Of a stretch of DNA of 64,000 nt, positions 1-12,626 are shown one piece after another (within the stretch, counting starts at the first letter, position 1; each line of letters starts with the position of its first letter). Below the pieces are notes generated by a model. The model ran no database searches. It was not told the origin of the DNA and was given only the letters and a program-made list of their open reading frames with translations. The translations under genes were made by a program, and so were the position numbers. Source of the DNA: Octopus sinensis (lineage: Eukaryota); the NCBI RefSeq assembly GCF_006345805.1, contig NC_043009.1, positions 24,180,001 to 24,244,000 of the forward strand. Direction: 5' to 3'.

Positions 1-7
1 TCAATAT

Positions 8-51
<44 letters not shown>

Positions 52-645
52 ACTGCAATAACAATAAACACAACAGCAAGCATCCAAAAACTTAACCCAA
101 AGACGAGTAACATCAACAACGACAACACGAATAACAGAACAGCAATGCAAACTACACAGCAGAAATCACCAACTCCAATCCCAAATCCAACACTAATACC
201 AACACCATCACCACCACCACCAACAACGACAACTTCATCACCAATACAAGCAACATCATCAACGCCAGACCACATCAACAGCTTTAACAACAATAGCGAA
301 ACCACCAAACATGCCTCCGCCAACGCCAGAACCAAAATTACACCAGCAGCAGCAGCAGCAACAACACCAACAAATCTATGACGACGACCACCACCACCAC
401 CACCAACACCAACAACAAAAACAACAACACTCACACGATGACGACAACGGCGACGATGACCACCGCCGCCACCCACACGGTGACGACCATCACAACCGTC
501 GCTGCCGCTGCAGGTGCCATCAAAGGTCACTGCCATCAAGGTCACTGCCACAATGAACATCACCATCAACAACAAAAGTAACACCAACAGCAGCACCTAC
601 ACAACCACCACAATCACCACCTCTACCATCAACAACAGCAACTAT
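1..645. repeat. Low-complexity trinucleotide patchwork (ACT)n/(CAA)n/(CAC)n
   Basis: Direct inspection; explains the poly-T/H/Q ORFs. Confidence 0.9.
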
Positions 646-647
646 AA

Positions 648-857
648 GGCGGCGAGCTGGCCGAAACGTTAGCACGCCGGGTGAAATGCTTTGCATTATT
701 TCGTCTCTCTTTATGTTCCGAGTTCAAATTCCGCCGAGGTCGACTTTGCCTTTCATCCTTTCGAAGATCGATAAATTAAGTACCAGTTGCGTACTGGGTC
801 GATCTAATCGACTGGCTCCCTGCCCCAAAATTTCGGGCCTTGTACCTAGAGTAGAAT
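648..857 (+). mobile_element. tRNA-derived SINE family A (GGCGGCGAGCTGGCAGAA head; octopus OR1-like)
   Basis: A-box-like GCTGGCCGAAACGTTAG, B-box GAGTTCAAATTCC, conserved body GTCGACTTTGCCTTTCATCCTTTC...AAGTACCAGTT; more than 10 copies in the window. The family name is from memory of octopus SINEs, not a search. Confidence 0.85.
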
Positions 858-960
858 TTAACAACTATAAAACAACAGCACTAGCAACAAAACAATCACC
901 ACGACCACCGCCGCCACGACCACCACCATCAACACCACCACCACCACTATCACTAATATT

Positions 961-1242
961 ATTCTTTTCTACTCTAGGCACGAGGCCCGATATTTTGGGG
1001 GAGGGAACAGTCGATTTTCATCGAGCCCAGTACGCAACTGCTAACGTTTCTGCCAGCTCGCCGCCTTACTATCACTGCCATTATTTATTTCTTTACTGCC
1101 CACATGGGGGTAAACATAGAGGGGACAAAGAAATTAAGTCGATTAAATCGACCCCGAAAGGTCGCAACTCGGAACGTAACGGCAGGCGAAATGCCGCTAA
1201 GCATTTCGCCCGGCTTGCTAACGATTCTGCCAGCTCGCCGCC
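961..1242 (-). mobile_element. Two internally deleted SINE family A copies (961-1065, 1085-1242)
   Basis: Both end in TGCCAGCTCGCCGCC, the reverse complement of the head. Confidence 0.8.
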
Positions 1243-1790
1243 TTACTATCACTACTATTATTGCCAATGCCAACGATTCCAAACCAACATCATGCAGCAT
1301 ATACCATTCCGATTTCTTGGCGAGAAATATGAAGGGAAAAAGAAAAAAACTGCGGCAGAAACGAAGCTTAAAAGGGTCAAAGTAATACAAAGCACAATCT
1401 GCAATGTAAAAATAAAAGCAAGGAACGAAAGTTTTAAATGGTGGAGGCGGCGGCGGCTGCAGTGGTGGTGGTGGCGTGTCGAAAAGGAAAGGAATTGTGG
1501 TTGAAAATAAAATGTTATACGATGAAAGAATTTGCGTGAGAAGACAGATTAACAGAAATGTGCGAAGTCCTGCAAAACAGATTATCTTATCTCCCCTTTG
1601 ATCCCGTCCAGTTTATGTCTTGACATACGGAAAGAAACTTGTTTTCCTGGAAAATTTTTCTGGCAGACGCTTGGCATAACGTTTTAAATTCACATACATA
1701 CATCCATACATGCATACATATGCATACTCGCACGAACGCGCGCGCACACACGCACGCACATACACACACACATGCACATAGACACAATAT

Positions 1791-1848
<58 letters not shown>

Positions 1849-1957
1849 GCTACTATATCTATACCTTGGCTTTCGGTTGTCATTCTGTTTATACTGTTGT
1901 GATTAATTTACTATTTGATTTATTAATAATATTCTGCTCGTTATTACTAGTAGTATT

Positions 1958-2170
1958 AAGTTGGCAAGCTGGTAAAATTGTCAGCACACCACGCAAAATG
2001 CTAGCGGCATTTCATCTGCCTTTATGCTCTGAGTTCAAATTCCGCGAAGGCCTAGTTCGCTCTTTTTCGTTTGGGAGTCGATAAAATAAGTACCAGTTAA
2101 GTATTGGGATCGATGTAATCGACTTAGTTCTTCCCCTCAAAAATACTGGCTGTGAACCAAAATTTGAAAT
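1958..2170 (+). mobile_element. SINE family A, diverged
   Basis: GAGTTCAAATTCCGCGAAGG...GATAAAATAAGTACCAGTT. Confidence 0.75.
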
Positions 2171-2188
2171 TACTATTATTATCAATGT

Positions 2189-2430
2189 GGAGACGCATGG
2201 CTTAGTGGTTAGGGTGTCAATCGTAAGATTGTGGTTTCGATTCCTGGATGGGGCGACGCGTTGTGTTCTTGAGCAAAACACTGCATTTCACGTTGCTCCA
2301 GTCCACTCAACTGGCAAAAATGAGTGACGCTGCGATGGACTGGCGTCCCATCCGGCTGGGGAGCATATACGCCATAGAAACCGGGAAACCGGGTCCATGA
2401 GCCTGGCTAGGCTTTAAAAGGGCGCATTTA
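2189..2430 (+). mobile_element. tRNA-derived SINE family C with V-domain-like segment
   Basis: Head TGGCTTAGTGGTTAGG...GTTTCGATTCC; CTGCGATGGACTGGCGTCCCATCC resembles the V-SINE core. Confidence 0.65.
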
Positions 2431-2541
2431 TTAACTATTATTATTATCATTAAGGCGGGGAGCTGGCAGAATCGCTGTAATCGACTAACTCCTCTCCAAT
2501 ATCTCAAGCCTTGTGCCTATAATAGAAAGGATTATTATTAT

Positions 2542-3037
2542 TGAGGGAGAGAGCAGTGCATGTCATCAAAGTGACACTGGGGTAAAATATTCGAAGCCCC
2601 TTATACCCGCCATGACTACCCGTCTGATAAGAGTACTCGAGGTACACGCTCCACAGCCATATATGTGTGACATCATGATCTTATGTCAAGATAAACAGTG
2701 CATGACCTTGCAGATGGGTCCAGTTAGAATTTTCTTCGGGTCGAGTAGCTCATTCCGCTTAAAAGGTCCTTGAATAAGGTTTGTTTAAGGTTGTTGAATA
2801 AAACACCTATATTTCTAGAGGTGAATTATCCAAACTCCAAAGAATTCCTCTTAACACATGGGTATGAAGCTCTCCAACTACTTCTGCTCGTGATCAAAGA
2901 TGCGCATATCGTCAGTTTCTGAGGGTCATGTTCAGCTGGTTAAGGTTAACCAACTGACCAGCAAATCTGTAGTATTGAGCAGAATATTTGCTGTAACCCA
3001 TCTTTTATACCAAGACAAAACATGATAACACTTCCAA
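2542..3037 (-). mobile_element. ~560-bp (AAT)n-flanked non-coding element, 5'-truncated copy
   Basis: Reverse complement of 9445-10005. Confidence 0.85.
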
Positions 3038-3051
3038 TAATATATATATAT

Positions 3052-3491
3052 AGCAATCAGCCCCTTTCGCTAGCATTTCTAAGGTATCTATGACAACAGG
3101 TATTGTTTTAGTCTTGAGGTTCCACATTTTGCGAATTTCTATTTCAAGATCTTTATACTTGCTCAGTTTTTGGTAGGTGTTGACCGATACGTTTATATCG
3201 ATTGGGACAGTCATATCAATGAGGAGGCATGATTTTTGTCTGGCTTATTCACATTTATCTTTCTGTCGGTTTGAATGGTGAAGTTCCACAGGAGTGAGAT
3301 GTCGTCATTTTCAAGCACTGGAGGTGGTTTGTGTTCCCATCAGTTTTTTCATGTCGCAGGTCCAGGATTTTGCTAATTAACCAGTGAATGTATTGTGCTG
3401 CTCTATCATGCGTGTTGAGTGAGATACTCTGTAGGCGCAGAAGATTGCACAGGAAACATGATCAATGGTTTCGTTTTTTCATTTTGTTTAC

Positions 3492-3495
<4 letters not shown>
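3052..3495 (-). mobile_element. R4/Dong-like RLE LINE fragment (same family as 10658-11822)
   Basis: Encodes MTVPIDINVSVNTYQKLSKYKDLEIEIRKMWNLKTKTIPVVI; begins at an (AAT)n tract. Confidence 0.85.
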
Positions 3496-3545
<50 letters not shown>

Positions 3546-3577
3546 CATTATCATCATTATTGTTGTTGGTATTATTA

Positions 3578-3659
<82 letters not shown>

Positions 3660-4232
3660 ATTTCAGCAATAAATCTCAACGTAACCAACTGTCAACTGAA
3701 TTCACGATGCACTTTCTACGAGATGGAACGGACATGGAAGGAAAGTTGTCTGTAGGAAGTCATTCTTTCCGTTTTCTTTCGCTTCTTAATAATGAATGAG
3801 GTGAGCGCTTAAATCAATAATATTTTGTTTCGAGATTCGTTTGAAGCTGATGATAGTTTAGTATTTACTCTGATGTATAGAAAAAATCCAGTATCAAATG
3901 CGAAAACTGGAGCAGCATATTAACTAATACGGTGTTTTCTACTTGAAACATTATATATATTTATTAGGCATACATTAGGTACATCCATGAATGCATATGC
4001 TCACAAACACAGACAAAGCTCATACATATACGAGAGGGCGCTGAAAAGACTCTGGCTTTGAGTAAAAGAAAATAAAGGGAGGATCATGCTTACCAGCCAC
4101 ATGGTTCCGGGTTCAGTCCCACTGCATGGCACCTTGGGCAAGTGTCTTCTACTGTAGCCTCGGGCCGACCAAAGCTTTGTGAGTGGATTTGGTAGACGGA
4201 AACTGAAAGAAGCTTGTCGTGTATATATATAT

Positions 4233-4555
4233 AACAATTGCAGCGTGGAAGGTGTTTGTAAGCCATTTAAGAAAGACACAAAAGCCGTTCGATTCACTTC
4301 AACATTTAAGTTTAATTTGTCAAAATATTTTCGTCGCTATAAGACCGCGACCTGTTCACTGGCAAGGATTTTTGTCAGTGAACAGGTCGCGGTCTTATAG
4401 CGACGAAAATATTTTGACAAATTAAACTTAATGTTGAAGTGAATCGAACGGCTTTTGTGTCTTTCTTAAATGGCTTACAAACACTTTCCACACTGCAATT
4501 GTTTTCGTTCCAGCACACGATCTCAGATCAAATCACTTGCTATGCAAGTGCATCT

Positions 4556-4557
<2 letters not shown>
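4233..4557. mobile_element. Palindromic PLE-pLTR-like mini element, family P1
   Basis: Inverted arms around ~4367; related copies at 34788 and 36949; flanked by TA repeats. Confidence 0.85.
4371..4421 (+). ncRNA. Minimal type-I hammerhead ribozyme motif, G3-C8 core variant
   Basis: TTTGTCA / GTGAACA / G / GTCGC-loop-GCGAC / GAA / AATATT / T / TGACAAA: 7-bp stem I, 5-bp stem II, palindromic stem III. Confidence 0.7.
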
Positions 4558-4597
<40 letters not shown>

Positions 4598-5365
4598 CGT
4601 GTGTCTGTGTTTGTCCTCTCACCATCGCTTCACAACCGTTGTTGATGTGTTTATGCGTACGTAAATCAGCGGTTCGGCAAAAGAGGCCGATAGAATAAGT
4701 ACAAAGTATAAGTCCTGGGGTCGATTTTCTGGACTAAAGGCGGTGCTTCAGCATGGCCACAGTCAAATGACTGAAACAAGAAAAAGAGTATAAATGTAAC
4801 TCTTACTCTCAATTTATCAACGATCCAACACGGCTATCGATTTTTCTCAATCAAATCGGCTACAAACTTTTATTTCTTGCGATGTCTGCTTCCAGTCGCC
4901 ATCTTTGAATCTATTCATTTCTTTGTTACTTGAAGACTACATTAAATTCCACAAACGTATTTTCATGTTTTTTTTTTTTTGTGTTGAATATCATAAAGGG
5001 TGTTCAAAAAGTCTCCCAGTAAGTATTTTACTGCAAAATAATATTTATAATATATTAGACTTTACAAGACTTTAAAAAACTTTATTAGAGGTGCTGAATG
5101 TGTCGTCCTACATTTTCAATTCTTTTGCTGCTGTGTGAGTACTTCCTAGGCTGATTTCTGCAGGATGAAAGGAATTTACAGCGGGGAGACTTTTAGAACT
5201 CCCATGTGTTTGATTTCTCTAACCTTTTATTGTGCCGTTCTTTATAAAAGGGATAACTCTTTGGCTGCAATTAGGAATTATATTTTTAGTATTGCTATGT
5301 AATAGTTTTACAGGCTTTGGCTGTTACTGAGTAACTAATACGTTATTCAATTTATGTTAAAGATA

Positions 5366-5757
5366 CGGCAGCGAGCTGGCAGACACGTTAGCACGTCAGG
5401 CGAAATGCTTAGCAGTATTTCGTCTGCCGCTACGTGCTGAGTTCAAATTCCGTCGACTTTGCCTTTCATCCTTTCGAGATCAATTAAATAAATACCAGTT
5501 ACGTACTGTGGTCGATATAATCGACTTAATCCGTGTGTCTGTCCTTGTTTGACCTCTCTGTGTTTAGCCACTTTTGGGTAGTAAAGAAATAGGTATTTCG
5601 CATAACTTTACGTTCGGGGTTCAAATTCAGCCGAGGCCGACTTTGCTTTTCATCCTTTCTGGGTCGATAAACTAAGCACCAGTTGCGTACTGGGGTCGAT
5701 TTAATCGACTGGCCCCCTCCCCAAAAGCGTTTCGGACTTTGTGCCTAGAGTAGAAGA
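5366..5757 (+). mobile_element. SINE family A, composite (dimer-like) copy
   Basis: Head GCGAGCTGGCAGACACGTTAG; second B-box block at ~5615. Confidence 0.8.
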
Positions 5758-5984
5758 GAATATATGTTAAAGGTGTCTCATAGTATAAGATCGCCCAGGA
5801 AATTTCTTGTTGTTGTTCATTGTTGTTTAAGCTAAAGAATTGTAATTAGTATATAATTATGCGTCTTATCCTTTCGGGGATCCGATAAGCAGTTGTAATC
5901 CAGGGTGGTAAAGTGGCAGAACTGTAAGAAATTGGATAGGATATCTAGTGGTATTTATTCCAACTGTTCATTCTATTATTCTTT

Positions 5985-6330
5985 TACTTGTTTCATCCAC
6001 TGTCTTGAAGGGGTTTTAGTCGTACAACTCGACCCCAAGACTTATTTTTAAACCTAGTACTTATTCTATCGGTCTTTCTTTGCCAAACCGATAGGTTACG
6101 GTGGCGTAAACATACCAACCCCAGTTGTCAAGCGGTGATGGGGTGGGGACAAACACACACACATATATGTATACGACGGGCTTCGTTCAGTTTCCGTCTA
6201 CGAAATCCACTCACAAGGATTTAGTTGGCCCGAGGCTACAGTAGAAGACACTTACGCAAGGTGCCACGCAATGGGGCTGAACTGGGAACCATGTAATTCG
6301 GAAGCAAGCTTCTTACCACACAGCCACGCC
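5985..6330 (-). mobile_element. SINE family B
   Basis: Reverse complement of head and tail motifs. Confidence 0.8.
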
Positions 6331-7112
6331 TGACCAAATTTGGATTAATAGTGAGGTAGACTGTATACGTTGCCTGATTTAACACCGCCATCTGATATCT
6401 TAGGTACATTCAACTGAGTGTAAGGCTTCGTTCGTTCGTTCGTTCGTTCGTACCTTCTTTTCTTCCTTCCAGTAATATCGGATGTACTCTAACAAGTCGT
6501 GAGGAACTATCTTTCCTCCTGACTGAAAGGTAAGAAAATTAAAAAAAAAGAGCAAAAAAGAAAACAGATCGATCGACCAATACAAGTTTCCATCATGAGG
6601 TAAACTAGTCGAATTATTGATTGGTATCAATAACGGTAATACTGGTGCAGTAATAAATTTAAACTAAAAGATACTTACAGCCAAAGCCCACATACAAACC
6701 CCTGAACACACATAAACACGCATGCACACCGGCACACACACACGCACACACACACACACGCGCAGAAACACACACATTCACGCGTTTTAAATTCTTGATT
6801 TTTGCATTGTTATGCATATGTTATATTTTTAATGAACGTAGGCGTTGTTTTATGTTTTGTTGTTGAATTATTATTGTATTGTTTAAAAAATTTTGTTAAA
6901 GGCGGCAGGGATGGTGGTGATCATATCAGCCCGTTCATGATGTCATCATGGTGGCTATTGTTGTTGATCATTACTCACGTGCAATTAGGAAGGTGTGCTT
7001 ATATACACATTTAGCTGTGATTTCTAGACGAGTGAGTGACGATATGGAGGCTCCAGCCTCAGGTAAAATAATTGAAACGATTCAATTAATGAATATATGT
7101 TAATAATGAAGA

Positions 7113-7515
7113 AGGCGGCGAGCTGGCAGAAACGTTAACACGCCGGGCGAAATGCGTAGCCGTATTTCGTCTGCCGTTACGCTCTGAGTTCAAATTCCGC
7201 CGAGGTCGACATTGCCCCTCATCCTTTCTGGGTTGATTAAATAAGTACCAGTTACGCACTGAGGTCGATGTAATCGACTTACTCCCTTTGTCTGTCCTTG
7301 TTTGTCCTCTCTGTGTTTAGCCCCTTGTGGGTAGTAAAGAAATAGAAATAGGTATTTCGTCTGCTGTTACATTCTGAGTTCAAATTCCACCGAGGTCGAC
7401 TTTGCCTTTCATCCTTTCTGGGTCGATTAAATGAGTACCAGTTACACACCGGAGTCGATGTAATTGACGTAATCCCTTCCCCCGAATTTGAGGCCTCGTG
7501 TATCCAGTAAAAAGG

Positions 7516-7561
<46 letters not shown>

Positions 7562-8040
7562 CGGCGAATAGGCAGAACCGTTAGCACGCCAGGTTCTTCC
7601 CGGTTTTACGCTCTGTGTTCTAATCCCACCGAGATCAACTTTAATTTTCATCCTTCCAGTGTCGATAAAATAATGTGCCAGTTAAGTTTTTGTGTCGATG
7701 AAACCGAGTAAACATGTCCCCTGGATTTGTGATCCTTGTTTCGAAATTTGAAACCGTTCTTGCATCCTGAGTTCAAATTCCGCCGAGGTCGACTTTGACA
7801 TTTTTACCCATTTCGGAGTCGATAAAGCAAACACTTATTAAGTACTAGAGTCAAAGTAATCAATTATAACCTCAACGTGATATATGTATATACGATGGGA
7901 TTCTATACAGTTTCCATTTGCCAAATTCACTCAGAAGTCGGTGGTAGTGAGAAGACACTTGCGGGAGTTGCTGCGTAGTGGACTGAACCCGAATTCTTGT
8001 AATTGCAAAGTGAGCTCGTTAACCCCACAGCCACGCATGC
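7113..8040. mobile_element. SINE cluster: family A (7113-7525 and 7560-7870, +) and family B head (7880-8040, -)
   Basis: Family motifs as above. Confidence 0.75.
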
Positions 8041-8567
8041 GCCTCCACATAGCTGTTTACATAATATACGAAGAACAATGAAGTTACGTCACATGCTCTA
8101 AATTTGTGTATTTTCCATTTTATTCAATTTCATCGTCTAAGTTTTTTTTTACTTTATATTTCATACTCTTATATTTTTTGAAATATTTAATTTATTTTAA
8201 TTATATTCCAGAATAAATGAATTCAATTTATTCCAATGTTATTCAAATAATATTATATTCGGGTCCATGTTCTGTTCTATTATATTTTTTATTCTAATTC
8301 TATAATGTTTATTCCATACAAATTTTGCAATTTTCCCTTTTTACTAATTCTATTCTAATCCATTGTAATCTGGTTTAAATCTATCGTATGCTATAGAATG
8401 CTATTGTAATTTATATTGGATATTTATTAATTTGAGTCGACACTATGTTCAATTCACAAGAAGCTATGATGATCTGGCTTGATTAGACTTTGTACATCAT
8501 TTCTTGGAGGTCCATAAAACACATAAAGTACGGCGATCAATTGTATGGATCGAATATAAAAAATGAA

Positions 8568-8727
8568 TTGTCATGCTTAAAAACAAAATCACAAACGGGG
8601 GCATACTTCTATTTTTGCCTTCCGAAAAGGAAGCAAAGGTTTCAGTAGAATTTCTGTGGTTTAGATTTTAGTATTGGTTTTCAAATTCACTTAATACGAA
8701 ATTCTAATAATAATAATAATGATAATA

Positions 8728-8800
<73 letters not shown>

Positions 8801-8845
8801 TAATAATCATAATGATGGTGATGATGATGATGATGATTATAATAC

Positions 8846-8878
<33 letters not shown>

Positions 8879-9252
8879 TAATAATAATGATGATGATGAT
8901 GATGATGATGATAATAATAATAATAGCCCTGATGCAGTACCAAGTAGTGGCTGTCATGGCTTCTGATCTTAACTGATTGGAAGTGTTATCATCTACATTG
9001 TTTTGTCTTGGTATAAAAGACGGGCTACAGAAAATATTCTGCTCAATTCGACAGATTTGCTTGTCAGTTGTTTGACCTTAATCAGTTGTCATGCTTAAAA
9101 ACAAAATCACAAACGGGGGCATACTTCTATTTTTGCCTTCCGAAAAGGAAGCAAAGGTTTCAGTAGAATTTCTGTGGTTTAGATTTTAGTATTGGTTTTA
9201 CAGTTTCAAATTCACTTAATACGAAATTCTAATAATAATAATAATGATAATA

Positions 9253-9310
<58 letters not shown>

Positions 9311-9368
9311 TAATAATGATAATAATGATAATAATAATAATGATGGTGATGATGATGATGATGATGAT

Positions 9369-9403
<35 letters not shown>

Positions 9404-9606
9404 TAATAATAATGATGATGATGATGATGATAATAATAATAATAGCCCTGATGCAGTACCAAGTAGTGGCTGTCATGGCTTCTGATCTTAACTGATTGGA
9501 AGTGTTATCATCTACATTGTTTTGTCTTGGTATAAAAGACGGGCTACAGCAAATATTCTGCTCAATTCGACAGATTTGCTTGTCAGTTGTTTGACCTTAA
9601 CCAGTT
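8568..9606 (+). repeat. ~520-bp tandem duplication
   Basis: TTGTCATGCTTAAAAACAAAATCAC starts at both 8568 and 9086; compound AAT/GAT tract and element 5' part are repeated. Confidence 0.9.
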
Positions 9607-10005
9607 GAGCATGTCCCTTAGAGGTTGACGATATGTGCATCTCTGATCACGAGCAGAAGTAGTGGGGGAGCACCATAGTAGTGTGTTGAAATGGATTCTC
9701 TTAGAGGTTTGAATAATTCACCTTTGGAAACATGGGTAGTTCGTTCAACATCCTTAAAAACTCCTTATTCAGGGACCTTTTGAGCGGGATGGGCTACTCG
9801 ACCAGAAGAAAATTCTAACTGGGTCCCACCTGCAAGATCAGGCGCTGTTTATCTTGATATGAGATCACCATGTCGCGCACATATGGTTGTGATGCATGTG
9901 ATGCATGTGCATGGTGTACCCTTATCAGACGGGTAGTCATGATGGGTATACTGGGCTTCGTATATTCTACCCCAGTGTCACTTTGATGGCATGCACCGCT
10001 CTCTC
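9445..10005 (+). mobile_element. ~560-bp (AAT)n-flanked non-coding element, full-length copy
   Basis: GCCCTGATGCAGTACC...GCTCTCTC between AAT tracts; other copies at 2542, 8926, 12385, 22820, 39161. Confidence 0.85.
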
Positions 10006-10025
10006 AATCAATCAATCAATCAATC

Positions 10026-10100
<75 letters not shown>

Positions 10101-10101
<1 letters not shown>

Positions 10102-10637
10102 TGGAATAACAACAGAAAAAAGATGGTATAGGCACACACCAGAAAAGGTCACAGAAAACGAGAAAGCAACCATACTCTGGGATATGCCGATACACACAGA
10201 TAGAGAAATTAAGGCCAACAGACCAAATATAGTTGTCAGAGATCATGAAGAAAAAAAATGCTTTCTAATTGATGTATCAATACCGGCAGATGACAACGTG
10301 TCTCTAAAAGAAATGGAGAAACTCTCAAAATACAAAGACCTGGAAATAGAGGTAACTAGAATGTGGAATCTGAAAACAGAAACAATTCCTATCATAGTAG
10401 GTGCATTAGGCATGATAAAAAATATTCAGACAAATACATAACAAAAACACCAGGACTTACAAACACATATAATATACAGAAAATTGCACTACTAGGCACT
10501 GCACACATCCTACGCGCAACAAACTTTCCATACAATAACATCAGAGCATCACAACAAATCACAGCACATACCCAAGGCATACAGAGCTGCGCTCGGTAGT
10601 GAAGTGAAAGCACGCTATAAAAATAAAACTACTGAAT
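10101..10637 (+). mobile_element. R4/Dong-like LINE 3' fragment, subfamily 1 (RLE domain)
   Basis: RPNIVVRDHEEKKCFLIDVSIPADDNVSLKEMEKLSKYKDL, a PD..D..K restriction-like endonuclease; frameshifted; (AAT)n on both sides. Confidence 0.85.
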
Positions 10638-10657
10638 AATAATAATAATAATAATAT

Positions 10658-11822
10658 TTGGATGTTAAAACCTGTCTCAAAACATGAAAACAAGAAAGCA
10701 TCATACTCAGTAACAAAACAGGCAAAGGAATATCTAAGTGAATTCCGAATACAACAAATTTCGGAATTAGAGATAGACATACAAGAAACAGGCACAGAAA
10801 AAGCTAAGCGCATGAAAACCCGTGCTAAATCTGCGGCCTTAGATATTCTGAATGATAAATGGCAAGAAATACCTCTCTATGACAAATACCCAAAGAGAGC
10901 AAATAATGCAGATGTTGACAAAGCCCTGAACCATCAATGGCTAATGGCCTCTGGCTTAAAATCTGAAACAGAGGGGTTTATCATAGCAGCTCAAGATCAA
11001 TGCCTACCAACAAGAAACTACCAGGCCAACATATTAAAGATCAGAAGCAGTCCAACGTGTCGTGTATGCAAGCAACAAAATGAAACCATTGACCATGTGG
11101 TCTCCAAGTGCAGTCTTCTAGCGCCTACAGAGTATCTCAACAGGCACGATAGAGCTGCACAATATATTCACTGGGTAATCTGTAAAAACCTGGATTTGCC
11201 CCTTGAAAAAATACTGGTGGGAACACAAACCACCCCCAGTGCTTGAAAATGACCACATCTCACTCCTCTGGAACTTCACCATTCAAACTGACAGAAAGAT
11301 AGATGCAAATAGGCCAGACATCATATTGAAAGACTTCAAACAAAGAACATGCCTCCTCGTTGATATGACTGTCCCAATCGATATAAACGTATCCGTCAAG
11401 ACCTACCAAAAACTGAGCAAATATAAAGATCTTGAAATAGAAATCAGCAAAATGTGGAACCTGAAGACTAAAACAATACCTGTTGTCATAGGTGCCCTGG
11501 GAATGATAGCAAAAGGGGCTGATAGCTACCTAACTCAGATACCAGGAAACCCCAAAATGGCAGAAATTCAAAAGATAGTGCTCATGGGAACTGCTCATAT
11601 CCTACGCAAAATACTTTCTATGTAATCTCAAGGTTTAAAACAAACATAATTTTCGGTTTAAAAAAAAAAAAAAAACTTTTTTAGACATTCATTAGTACAA
11701 CACCCCACCCCCCAAATATATGGCACACTAGGCATAACAACAACATGAACTTCCAGCCCTGTTGTCTCTTGAGGTCTCTGGGTGAGACTTGGAGCCAACT
11801 TGTACAAATATGAAGGAAAAGT
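10658..11822 (+). mobile_element. R4/Dong-like LINE 3' fragment, subfamily 2 (CCHC zinc knuckle + RLE)
   Basis: ETEGFIIAAQDQCLPTRNY, CRVCKQQNETIDHVVSKC, RPDIILKDFKQRTCLLVDMTVP; frameshift near 11203-11246. Confidence 0.9.
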
Positions 11823-11848
11823 CAAACATAGAATAATAATAATAATAA

Positions 11849-12270
11849 TGTGACCATGAGATAGAGAATAGGAAATCAGACATAGTCTTAATTGAGAAAG
11901 AAAACAAACTATGTTGGATCACAGATATAGCATGCCCAGCAGACAACAAGGTATGCGATAAGGAAGAAAGAAAAGTCGAGAGATATGACAGGTTAGCTTG
12001 AGAAGTTAAGTAGTTGTGGTCGATGAAAAAGGTAGCAGGAGTACCAATAATTGTCGGAGCCCTGAGAACAGTGAACAAAAATCTCGAGAAGTACGTTGAA
12101 CGGATAGGGGCTGCAATAATGGTGGAGCAGTTCAGAAAACAGCACTGCTTGGAACCGCTCGAATACTCCGGAAGGAGCTCGAAAAATAAGAGGTGCTACC
12201 TTAGTTCACTGGTAGTGAACAGCTGACACTGTAGTACATCTCCAGTGTTAGAAGCTGCGCAAAGGCAATG
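11849..12270 (+). mobile_element. R4/Dong-like LINE 3' fragment, subfamily 3
   Basis: Manual translation CDHEIENRKSDIVLIEKENKLCWITDIACPAD...VPIIVGAL with internal stops. Confidence 0.75.
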
Positions 12271-12285
12271 ATAATAATAACAAGA

Positions 12286-12340
<55 letters not shown>

Positions 12341-12384
12341 CGACGACGACGACGACAACAACAACAACAACAACAACAACAATA

Positions 12385-12626
12385 GCCCTGATGCAGTACG
12401 AGGCAGTGGCTCTCGCGGCTTCTGATCTTAACTGATTGGAAATGTTATCATCTACATTGTTTTGTCTTGGTGTAAAAGATGGGCTACTGCAAATATTTTG
12501 CTCAACACCACATGTTTCATTGTTAGCTGTTTGACCTTAACCAGTTGAGCATGTCCCTTTGTGGCTGACGATATGTGCATCTCTGATCACGATCAGAAGT
12601 AGTGGGGGAGCATCATAGCCGTGTGT
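12385..12626 (+). mobile_element. ~560-bp element, 5' half
   Basis: Matches 9445-9690. Confidence 0.8.

Larger units (their letters stand above)
4085..4790 (+). mobile_element. CORE-like tRNA SINE family B (OR2-like) split by an insertion in its internal (TA)n
   Basis: Head GGTTCCGGGTTCAGTCCCACTGCATGGCACCTTGGGCAAGTGTC (4085-4222); tail ending GGCGGTGCTTCAGCATGGCCACAGTCAAATGACTGAAAC (4595-4790). Confidence 0.85.

Noticed and set aside
3848-3854. CTGATGA motif
   Set aside because: No stem II, GAAA or closing stem I nearby
9445-9520. HDV-like ribozyme at the 5' end of the 560-bp element
   Set aside because: I could not assemble the P1-P4 nested pseudoknot by eye
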